From positions 6,076,001 to 6,140,000 of the forward strand of contig CAIIXF020000001.1 in assembly GCA_903813345.2 (NCBI GenBank): DNA of 64,000 bases, read 5' to 3'. Below are positions 53,801-64,000 of the stretch, piece by piece (position 1 is the stretch's first letter; every line of letters begins with the position of its first letter). The stretch comes from Owenia fusiformis. Lineage: Eukaryota. The notes under the pieces were generated by a model that was given only the letters and a program-made list of their open reading frames with translations, ran no database searches and was not told the origin of the DNA. Both the position numbers and the translations under genes were made by a program.

Positions 53801-55165
53801 TATAAAACCTCTTCTTAAGCTCCCTTGTCCCGAGGAATGAGCATGTAAAATTTGAACCAAATCCGTCAACTAGTATTTCGGTCGGACAGACGGACGGACG
53901 GCTTTTTTATATTTCTCTCGTTCAGTGGGCTATTAATTACTAATTCTTGGCGAAACCTACCATTTCAAACTTCCAACCTGCTCTAGCGCCAGCGTTATCA
54001 TGTCCTATGCGTATTTTAGTTATCACACCGTAATCAACGCCCGTGTCCAACGCGTAGGATCCCACACTGAAATAAGAATCACCTTGACAACAGCAGTACT
54101 TCTATATTGTCATTACATGAAAGTGGCCTGAAGTCTTAAATATAAGGGCCGATCCAGAAGTTCTGATAAAAATGCTTAAAAGTTTATCATTCGTTTTCCA
54201 CAAAATTTTTAGAGTAACTGGGTCATTTATTCCCTCATAAGATATAAAATATTTAGATACTGGTAATGAATATTTCTGAAGTATGTAAAAGAAAGTACGA
54301 GGTTTTACTGTGTAATCACTATCATTAGGGATTTATGAAGTGAATTAGCTGGGTCTCCACAAACCAACTTTGGAAAAATTTAATATGCAAATGAAGGCGG
54401 ACATACAAGATGGTATCCCGATGCTAAGTCAAAAGTCAACCTCATGTTCAGTCAATGCACCCTTGCTGAAATCATTATTTTCTCAGAAGAACTCAAGTTG
54501 ATGGAGTCTCAACAGGTAGATTCATGTTGGATAGTATTGTTAGATTACAGTTTTAATAGTAAGAATAGAGGGTCTTAAATAGGACATCGTGCTTGCTTTT
54601 TAGAACTTTGTGTGTTGTTGGTCCTAAATATTTCAATAATGGTCTCCCTAATTAGCCAATATATTTTTTTCCCCAAAAAACATCTTTGGCGACCAGGTTA
54701 AATCACTTCTGAAAACCCTTATTATCATTAATTGACAATAAAGTATCGTACTTTTAAGAATTCAAAGGTTCACTGTAGGATGTATGGGTGTAACATATGG
54801 AGTAAAAGGGCTATGTTGGAAAGTAGAACTTGGAATAAATACAAGTAATAATGATTTCATTAATAATGCAAGCAAACACAGCATGGATGATGGATATTTG
54901 CCAATATAGACCTGAGATAGAACCAGAATGGATGGACTGTATAAAAAATACTACCTTCTTTTGACCACATGTGTAAGTTAGTAAAGTTTTATTTCGAGTC
55001 AATTCTAGAAACGTAATCATTACCTCCCTCTTTCAAAGTCATCAATAGCTGAGTCCATTATCATACTACTCGACGTGCCCTTGTGTCCGTAAAGAATTAC
55101 AAAGACTGTGGCATCGGTACCAGCCCTCCAAGCATCCATTGTCCACACCGAAATATCATAGCCAA
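47854..55165 (-). CDS. PLAT/LH2 - 4x thrombospondin type 1 - Thr-rich mucin - LDLa - GPI-signal protein (copy A; 5' end unresolved)
   Basis: Minus-strand exons: 55165-55024, 54066-53961 and 53042-52943 ([28 protein letters not shown] / [18 protein letters not shown] / [15 protein letters not shown]); 52275-52108, 50560-50366, 50237-50043 and 49914-49720 (TSR); 49330-48738 (mucin + first half of LDLa); 48608-48509 ([17 protein letters not shown]); 47927-47854 ([24 protein letters not shown]). Phases are compatible. Confidence 0.85.
50670..50859. mobile_element. Tc1/mariner-type MITE; partial copy at ~48090-48205
   Basis: TA|CAGGGTGGGCCAATA ... TATTGGCCCACCCTG|TA. Confidence 0.85.
51151..52015. 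mobile_element. Non-autonomous DNA transposon with 5-bp TSD (CATTA), hAT5-like
   Basis: CATTA|CAGGGGCGTAGCTG ... CAGCTACGCCGCTG|CATTA. Confidence 0.75.
53140..53935. repeat. Degenerate tandem repeat with (GACG/GACA)n microsatellite; probably a HINE/pearl-like element
   Basis: Recurring GCCAT(C/T)TTGAAA and GAGCAGAGCT motifs; CGGACAGACGGACGGACGG at 53883. Confidence 0.5.
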
Positions 55166-55380
55166 CTTACATGCAACGAAATGAAAAATGCAATTACGAC
55201 ACTCTTGATAGCGGGAATGACTTCATGGGGCTTATGTGATGGGAACTGTAAATTGTAGTTTGAATGTTCCCAAAACACGGAATGTTCCACGACACAAGTT
55301 GCTTATTGTAAACGTTTTAGAGCGCACGCAAGAACAATTGACGCAGCACAGTTGACACAGGATTGTAAAACTATATATAG

Positions 55381-55912
55381 CACCCTTGGTATACGCAGCT
55401 AACGAAAATTGACCGGTACGGGTCAAAAGGCTATTGCCCCGAACCGGTCCGTCTTCTCGCTGCAAGCAGATTGCCCCGAACCGGTCCGTCTTCTCGCTGC
55501 AAGCAGGATGAAATTCTTTGTCATAAAGTTTGGCATTTTTTATAAAATCAAACGCGCGTCATTGAAACTCACAAGATGTAAATAGCATGTCATTTACATC
55601 ATACCTTGATGGGGAAAAATAGATCTTATATGTTAGAAGTACTAAATAAAAGTTATCGTGAAAATGAGACAGTCGTTCTCGAGAGAAAAGAGCATAAATG
55701 CGCATTTAGAGAGTTTTGGTCCGTTTAAAAATCTGTAAAAAATTGGGGTACTTAAAAGCATCGGGAGGCATCATATATTTCAAATTAGACACGAGGAAGT
55801 CAATATTGAGCAAGTTATGGCTATTTTAAATTCAAATAAAACCGTTAACCCGTACCGGTCCAGCTTTTGACCCGTACCGGTCAATTTTCGTTAGCTGCGT
55901 ATACCAAGGGTG
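55381..55912. mobile_element. MITE with 49-bp perfect TIRs and an internal 37-bp direct duplication (55433-55506)
   Basis: CACCCTTGGTATACGCAGCTAACGAAAATTGACCGGTACGGGTCAAAAG and its exact reverse complement. Confidence 0.85.
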
Positions 55913-58300
55913 ATATAGGCTATTGTAAATTCGAATACCTATGGACTATGGAGGTGTAATGCTGTATTTCATGTTGAGTTACATGTAGTCGTTTTCAGAT
56001 TCCGATTCAGATATTTATTACTATTTTGAAAAACATACATGACATTCAATACAACATGACGCTCTCAAGAGCATATATGTTGGTTTTAACTGGACAGAAA
56101 TTGGTCAGTGACTCCAAAAGGTAAGACAAATAAAAATATAATGACACTGGCCCAAGTCTGTTGGAAATCATTTCAAAAATGTAAAAAATATTAAAACTCG
56201 GGGACAGAGTTATTTTAATCTAGCTACAATGTTACAATAGAGTATAACTATAAAAATGTTGGCAAAGAAATAGTCAATTAACATCTTAAAATAAATCTTG
56301 AATTCTAAAGTGTTTTAAGGTAATTAAGGTGCTGGTAAAATTGTAGAATACATTTTTCTAACTATATGTACGTTAAATTCATTTGATGCTGCGTATACAG
56401 ACATAACATAAAATGCATCAATTATGTAGTATAATATAAAGAAAGATAAATCGATGATGTCAAATAACATAACATACCAGTTGCAGATGAGCCTCGCACA
56501 AATATGGCAATACATACAGCCAGAGTTGTTACAAGAACTTTTGGAAACCTAGCAAAAAAGGAATTTATAATGATTGATATCTTAGGTGCCAGACGAGGAC
56601 TATACATAAGTTTAAAAAATTATACTCGACTTCACAATTTTACTAACTATACTATGCATAAGTTAAAAAAACAATTCTATGTGGCTTTAAAATCCTACTT
56701 GGAATTGTTTTAACACTGTTTTCGCAAACAATATAGAAAATATAACTTCTCAACAAATCATTGATTTAACCATTCCTTGTGTTTAAACCATTAACATAAA
56801 GGTGAAAGATTAAATTTAAATTTAAGTCACTCCATTTTACAAACACCTTTACTTACATGAGGAGGGACAGTTTTTCCTGAGAAAACGATCTTTTGGAAAC
56901 TTTATCTGTCAGAATCTACAACTGCTTCATAAGCGCCTTACTTTGCTTGATGAAACCATCTTCCGTACAATATACACACAAAACTTGACCAAAATACATT
57001 CGTGTATCTGTTGGTCTCTAAATATTCACTTCTAAAATTAATGTACACACAAATCTATTGCTGAATAGAAATGTTTCTATTTAGTATGAGCTATTATATT
57101 TATGTAGTTGTCATTGGTCTTGGTCAAAAACTAGAGATCATCGTATTAACAAAATCCTACAATATAAAAGATTGGACATATTAGAAACTGTTGAGAAGTA
57201 AACCAAATAGGATTGTCGGATTTTATTATTAGCCGATTGTTTGCTGGAAATGTGACCAGTATTTTGAGGTAATGAAAATCCTTACCATAAATCAAAAACT
57301 TAGAATTATTACATAACTAGACAGTTATGTATAAATATACTGAATGCACTTTTAAAATCTTTGATCGTTGTTATTTATTCACAAAACAATAGTAAAATGC
57401 ATGATACTCTCCAAAGGAAATCAAGTATCAACTTTGCTATGATGATTTTTACAATTAGATGAGTAAATAATAGAAATACAGGATGGCCAAAAAACAGAAC
57501 CCTTCAAAAATGAAATAACTTCTTTTTTATATATGTAATCAAATTCAGTTTCCATGTACAGAAACTACAATCTATGAATGACAATCTGAGACTAAAATCT
57601 TTACATAAAATTCAATATCAATATCTTGTTGTGACCAATTAAAAATGTGCCCACTTTTGACAGAAAAGGAATGGTAAATTTTAAGTGTCAACCAAAGGGT
57701 TACATATTATTGTTTGTTTAAGGCAGTAATTGCTAACTAGGCCTTGAAAAATACTTTACATAAAAGTGTTTATTTTTCTATTAAAATCTTCCTAACATCA
57801 TTCTCCTTCATAATCAGGTATAAAAAATGGTTGTCACCGACTTTGTTTTTCACTTAAGCCTAAAAAACATTTTGGTCGCCCATGTAGGGGTATAGGCGAC
57901 AAGGGGATTTAGATGATGGAATATCTCTCGCCGCCGACACCGCCGCCGCCTGGCGGTGGGAGTGGGGGCATATTTGCAATTATCTGATGTGACGATCTAC
58001 TGTTATATTATGGCCCACGCGACACGCATAGTTAGTAATGGGTATGTTTCCAGAAGCTGTCATTTTCAACCTTTGCAGCTTGTCCACATCATCTAGGTTT
58101 TACTTGATGACGTTATTCTAATAAATGCAAGATGAGTTGGAATCAACAAGACTGTTCCTTGGTTCACATCATCGTTTGATACTTTAATCCTTTGCCATAC
58201 CATTGTTACAGTCTTGTTGTTCTATCAGCTCCCTCTTCATACCATTGTTTATCATCTATGATTAAGCGTATAACTCAACAAGGAAATACACCGACGGACT

Positions 58301-61300
58301 TCACATATTATGGACTGTGAGCGAAGCAAGCAACAGAAATATTGAGAAACCAACAGTCACTGACCCCGACTGACCTGGAAAGTCGAAATATTCAATTATA
58401 CATTTCAGTGACATTTTTTCACTCAATCGTAAACGTAAACGATTCTTGTATTGTAATATTCAATTATTAATTTTACATGCATTCTGCCGAGTCTAGTTAT
58501 GAACTACCCGAAGACGAAGTTCTCTTTTAAGAAGCGAAGTCGAACGAATGCAAAGAGTACATACATTCCAGTGACATATTATTGATTACTGTCAAATCTA
58601 GGGTTTAAAACTATTCCACATAACACAATTAATATAAAAGATGTGTTTAGTGTCTCTAAATCACCTTTAATTCTATCTCTTTGAACCCAGAGATTGCACA
58701 ATAAGAGTTTGCGAGAGCACTTTAGAAGTGTCCGACAAACATTCATATTATTACCATAATTGTTATTTACAGAAAAGGGGTTTTACGGTTTTAACATATT
58801 ATTCTATTTATTTTGTATACATTATTGAATGGGAATAAAAATTGAGTGAAACGTGAAGACAATTAGGGCCTTCATTTATTTTATGTGATAATTGTTTCTT
58901 CAAGAAGGTAGCTGGCCAGGTTAGCTGTACTTACCGCCAAAAAGGGAACCAGCCGAACCCAAGTTCAAGTTGAATAAAAATGCAGTGTTACTCTGTGAAT
59001 TATCACCGCAATCTTCTTCATCATCTGCATCAGGACAGTTTGCAACATCATCGCATACCTAAATATTGACAAAGAGGCAAATTGAGTTAGTTGATTTGGA
59101 ATACAGCTGAAATTCTAAATCTCTTTGCATACTGATATATAACCTGGAAATGGAGATACTTCATTGCGTATACGTCCAATAGTTCCAATTATCTTTAAAC
59201 ATAAAGAATGCAAATCCACAGTTAAGAAATGGGTTAGTCACCTCGGTTTCCTCAATACAGGACGATGTGTCCAAACAGGAATATTGGCCAAACTGACAAG
59301 TAGATGTATTGGTTGTTGCAACAGTATCATCTGTCGCCGTCGTAGTGCCTTCATTTGTAGCTGCAACAGAACCTTTATCTGTTGACGGCACAATAAGTTC
59401 ATATGTAGATGTCGACGTACCTTTATATGTAGACGTCGCAGAACTATTATTTGTAGCTATCAGAATACCTGTATGTGTCGACGTCACAGTATCTTCATCT
59501 GTAGGTTTTATAATACCGCCATCTGTAGTTGTAATAGTACCTTCATTTGTAGTTATTTGAGTTCCTTCATCTGTCATCATTGTAACTTCGTCTGTCGTCA
59601 TCATAACGTCATCATTTGTAGCTGTCATAGTATATTCATTGGTAGTTGTCAATGTTTCTTCATTTGAAGCTGTTATAGTGACTTCTTCTGTTGTCAAGAT
59701 TGTACTTTCATCACGTGTAGCTGTCATAGTATTGGTAGTTGTCAATGTTTCTTCATTTGAAGCTGTTATAGTGACTTCTTCTGTTGTCAACATTGTACTT
59801 TCATCACGTGTAGCTGTCATAGTATTGGTAGTTGTCAATGTTTCTTCATTTGAAGCTGTTATAGTGACTTCTTCTGTTGTCAACATTGTACTTTCATCAC
59901 GTGTAGCTGTCATAGTATTGGTAGTTGTCAATGTTTCTTCGTTTCGAGCTGTTATACTGACTTCTGTCGTCAACATTGCACTTTCATCCGTCGTTGTCAT
60001 AACACCATCATCTGTATTTGTCATTGTAACTTCATTTGAAGGCGTAAGTGCACCCTCTGATGTTGTTGACACAACGCCAACATATAGAGTCGTTGTTGTA
60101 TCCTCAATTGTGGTCGCCATAGTGCCCCCATCTGGAAGTTGTTCAACTGTCTTAATTGCATAATATTAACACAGCACTGTTAAGAAACCAATTGTGACAC
60201 TGAATATGATCTTTTGTCAAAGCAAAATGCTTTGAATCTACAGGGTCTCAAAAATGAACTCAGTATCAACAGCACAGATAAACCAGTCAATATGGTCAGA
60301 CATTTTACGTGATCATGTATAAAGCATGTACGCTTTCTCCCCAATACAACGTTTCTAGTCCAGCCTTGCCTTTTAATTGATATAACCCTTTTTACACCAC
60401 ATGATCAATGTAACCTCCTCTTATTTCGATGACAGCCTGGATTCTTACTGCCACATTGTTCATCACATTTGTTAATGTCTCCGGTGCAGTGTTTTGAATT
60501 TCTCTTCACATGTTTGCCTTAAGTTGTTCTATGTCTCTTAGCTTGGGATGAGCATAAACATGGTTCTTCAAGAAGTTCCAGATAAAACGTCCTGAGTGTC
60601 AAATCTTTTGAATAGGAACTTAGGAAGGTCCTCACAATGTATTTATACTGAGAGATCAGACGTTCAAGAACATGCGTTCATAGGAATTCTCGTGTGGCCA
60701 TTGCTGTGATTAGAGGGGTTCAATCTTTTCGAACCCTGTGTTCTCATTTGAATATTATTCGGTGTTCGAGCTAGCCTGTGTAACTCCGGAATCATTTGAA
60801 GATAATTGACCTGATTCTCTGTGATTGTTCCGCCGCCGTCATCTTTGAACGGCTATTTGACGGAGCAAAAAGTCCAACATCCGAAAAGAACTTTGAAGCA
60901 TTCCACCAGAAACATTATCAAATGTGACAAACAATTTAACAGAAAGGATGTAGGCTATCCTCGAAATATTAAATAAAAACTTAACTTTATATTGGGGAGA
61001 AAACGTACGTGCTACAGCTATATGCCATAACATATTGAGTGTTTTTTCTCAAATGACTAACAAAGATACAACCATGTTCAAAAAGCACAGTCTTTGACTC
61101 GATAAAGAAGAATTATTAAAGCTCATCAAGAATGGACGATCTTGCACATGTACTCAAACAAGAAACTGTCTATATATGCTGTTGCTCATTGTGGTAGTTA
61201 ATGTTAACTGAAACATTCACATTGATGTTGGAATGTAATTCATTATTTGGACATTTCAAACATGCATCATTGAATGATAGCCACATTGCTCAAATAGTTA

Positions 61301-62360
61301 CATTCTTTGCCGGTCGAATAATCATTTTATATCTTTAGACTAATTATGATCTTTGAATTATAATTAAGCCGGTGTAAAAGGGTGGGAGGTCCTATCAAAT
61401 TGTGGTCCTACTCTCCATTGATTTATCTGGTGACCTCAATACAACTCTTTTCCTCATTATCTTATAAGAAAGTGGACCATTATCCCTGGGGGACCATCAT
61501 TTCTTTCACATCGGCGACACTGCACTTTTTCCGATACCTTTAACGCAATTTAAAAATGTATCATTGATTTTGAACGATGGCCAAACGATTTGTGCTTTTC
61601 TCACCCGGACATTCATCTGTGTTGCACTCATCATTTTCTGTTTCACTTAGCTGACGAGTTTCCCCATCAGCAGCCAAACAAGCATCTCCACCATGGTCAG
61701 GTGCAGGAGTGTCACATGACCTAGAACGTGTCTTTGTACCTCCACCGCACGTGGTAGAGCAGGAACCAAAGGCTGACCATTCACTCCATCCTCCATTGAC
61801 TGTTTTGAAAACATCATGAGCAAAATATGTTGATCTTCAGGCCCGTGGCCAGAATTTTCCAAAGGGGGGGGGGTTCACTTTTCCAAAAATTCTAAGGGGG
61901 GTTCACTTTGGCAAATTTGGCCAAAAATCACTCAAAAAATAGTAAGAATGGTGAAAAACTGCATGATTTTGAAAAAAAATTTGGCCAGGGGGGGGGGGTT
62001 CACCAGAACCCCCCTTGGCTACGGGCCTGTTCTTTGTGATTGTTAGGTTTTCATTATTACCTATTCACAATGCGAAAACATTTGCATATTCAAGGAAACG
62101 ATACATGCATTTCGTTTTCAAGATCATGTTATGGATAACTGAAAATAGAAATAAAAGTTGCTTACTTGGACATTCGTCTGTGTTGCAGTCATCACTTTCT
62201 GTTTCACTTAACTGACGAGTTTCCCCATCAGCAGCCAAACAAGCATCTCCACCATGATCAGGTGCTGGATTGTCACATAACCTAGAACGTGTCTTTGTAC
62301 CTCCACCACACGTGTTAGTGCAAGAGCCAAATGCTGACCAGTCACTCCATGCTCCATCGA
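58301..62360 (-). CDS. TSR - mucin - LDLa - GPI-signal protein (copy B; 5' part not in window or unresolved)
   Basis: Minus-strand exons: 62360-62166 and 61799-61605 (TSR, 195 nt each); 60146-59242 (mucin + first half of LDLa); 59058-58935; 58374-58301 ([24 protein letters not shown]). TSR, LDLa and terminal exons are nearly identical to copy A. Confidence 0.85.
59641..59940 (-). repeat. 93-bp (31-aa) coding tandem repeat, ~3 units, in the copy B mucin exon
   Basis: [31 protein letters not shown] repeated; unit starts at 59641, 59734, 59827 and 59920. Confidence 0.95.
60241..61100 (-). mobile_element. Decayed Tc1/mariner-superfamily transposon
   Basis: TA|CAGGGT TIR-like end at 60241. The minus strand encodes a broken transposase C-terminus, [36 protein letters not shown]...[17 protein letters not shown]. 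The far boundary is approximate. Confidence 0.7.
61838..62029. mobile_element. MITE, hAT5-like (imperfect 5-bp TSD)
   Basis: ATCTT|CAGGCCCGTGGCCA ... TGGCTACGGGCCTG|TTCTT; a related left end lies at ~35831. Confidence 0.7.
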
Positions 62361-63070
62361 CTGTTTTGAAAACAAACATCATAAATGAATGGCATTGATA
62401 ATATTTTGTTATATAAATTATATTTACAAAAATGCTGAACAATCAACCGATCCTTTGTTGACTGTTTTGGAAAGAAACTTCAGAAATGAATAGAGTAAAT
62501 CATCTTTTTAATTGCTTCGTTCTATTATTTAATCTATTTAAAACTATTCGAGGGGTGATCAATAAGTAATGGACGTTTTTTACACATATACTTCTATAGA
62601 CCAATCCCTTTGATTTTCCTACCAGTGATACATTATTCAATTATCTATCAATTACTCAGATGCGAGTATGTAGTTACCAGTTTCGCCACCAGGTGGCTGA
62701 TTCGGGGGAATTAACATAGCAGGGTATTACAAAAGTCCCTTAAACTTGAATATGCATCAGTTTTAGTGGTTCACTTTTCATATTACCATTATGTATCTAA
62801 TAGTTATACAAATTAAAGAAAATATTATCTGCTCTACATAAGAAAAAATAGTTCACTTTTTGTGGTTTTACAACATGGGGTCTATGGGGAATCTCCCCGA
62901 CCTAGAAGTCACATTTTCAAAGAAAATTAAATTTTCAGAGTTGATTAGCTCTTTTCAAAACCACATTTCTAAATGTAATTTTACATGTACATTCCAAATA
63001 TGACATCAGTTTGACTGAATTGTGAATTTTTATGACGTAAATCAAGATTATTTCTACTCGCATCTGGGAC

Positions 63071-64000
63071 ATTCTGAAATTTTGAAGACAAAATATATAA
63101 TACATGTTGATATATCCTTATTTCCGTGAAGGAGGTACAGGTACCCCGGGGCCGACATTTACGTCACATATTCAGATTTTAGCCAGTTTGGTAAATTTCA
63201 GTTAGATTTGAACTTTTTATATGCAACAAGTGTTGTGTTGTTTGAATTTTTTTGCTGACTGGTAACACATAAACAGAAAGTATTGTGATGTCAGAGTGTT
63301 GTATGGAAGGGGTTTGCAGGTCAATTTGAGAAAGCATTTTGGAAGAAAGGGGTGGTGAGAAAAGGAAACACTCTACTCCATATGGACAATGCACCTGCCC
63401 ACAGATCTCAAAATGTTCAGAAAACAATATCCCTGGACCTCAAAATTGAGCCCTTGGCCAATGCACCATATTGTCCATATCTGCTCACATGTGACTTGTT
63501 TATTTCTATACTACTTATTTCTATAGAGAAAGGACGCAGGTTTATTGCTATTGATGAAATAAAACAACCTGTGCAACTGCATCTTGCTACCATGTCAGAG
63601 AATGGCTTCAGCCTTGTCTCACAATCTTGAGTTAAGAGGATGAGGAATTGTGTACATGTAGCACTTGATGGAACCTATTTAGAGGGCCCTGTGAAATGAA
63701 TGTGGCATGAATACCACATAGTGATGATAAAATATTCAAAATCAACTATGGCATAACAAAATGGGGTAATTCATGACCATAATGGTTTGTTTTGTTCAGC
63801 CTGTATTCAACTGCATTGCATGTTAAACAAAAAACGGAGACCATAACAATATGTCACCACTTTTGGTGGTGACATAATAAGCTAAAATAGCTTCAGAATA
63901 TGTGACGTAAATGTCGGTCCCGGGGTACCAGTACCTCCTTCACGGAAATAAGGATATATCAACATGTATTATATATTTTGTTTCCAAATCTTCAGAGTTG
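63071..64000. mobile_element. Long inverted repeat (arms 63071-63173 and 63896 to window end) enclosing the mariner relic
   Basis: CAAAATATATAATACATGTTGATATATCCTTATTTCCGTGAAGGAGGTAC...ACGTCACATATTC is mirrored at 63896-63990. Confidence 0.8.
63300..63700 (+). pseudogene. Degenerate mariner transposase fragment
   Basis: LLHMDNAPAHRS...LANAPYCPYLLTCDLF resembles mariner HDNAPAH...HPPYSPDLAPSDF; C-terminal ..CVHVALDGTYLEG; mariner-like TIR CGAGGGGTGATCAATAAGT at ~62549. Confidence 0.75.

Noticed and set aside
56857-57000. Signal-peptide or first exons of copy A
   Set aside because: A 49-nt exon-like segment exists, but the implied upstream intron is only ~36 nt and no hydrophobic leader is encoded; left unresolved.

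Overview
AT-rich, intron-rich animal genomic DNA, probably a lophotrochozoan invertebrate (species not identifiable from sequence alone). Genes were reconstructed by hand from splice sites and reading frames. (1) IFT172, + strand: 36 coding exons from 4976 to 25825; the first short exon was not found in the window. An extra, divergent 117-nt exon duplicate at 16596-16712 looks like a mutually exclusive alternative exon. (2) An intronless DEG/ENaC channel at 30069-31736. (3) A 4-exon, 181-aa secreted Cys-rich, EMI-like protein at 36334-39532. (4) A 12-exon, 631-aa type-B carboxylesterase/cholinesterase-like enzyme with a GPI-type tail at 41136-46605. (5) Two tandem minus-strand copies of a TSR-mucin-LDLa-GPI cassette, the left copy with an N-terminal PLAT domain (47854-55165 and 58301-62360). 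Introns and intergenic DNA hold many MITEs and foldback elements, Tc1/mariner relics, tandem repeats, and a 209-bp TG...CA solo-LTR-like element with an embedded tRNA-like sequence and a 4-bp TSD (Helenus-like TRIM).
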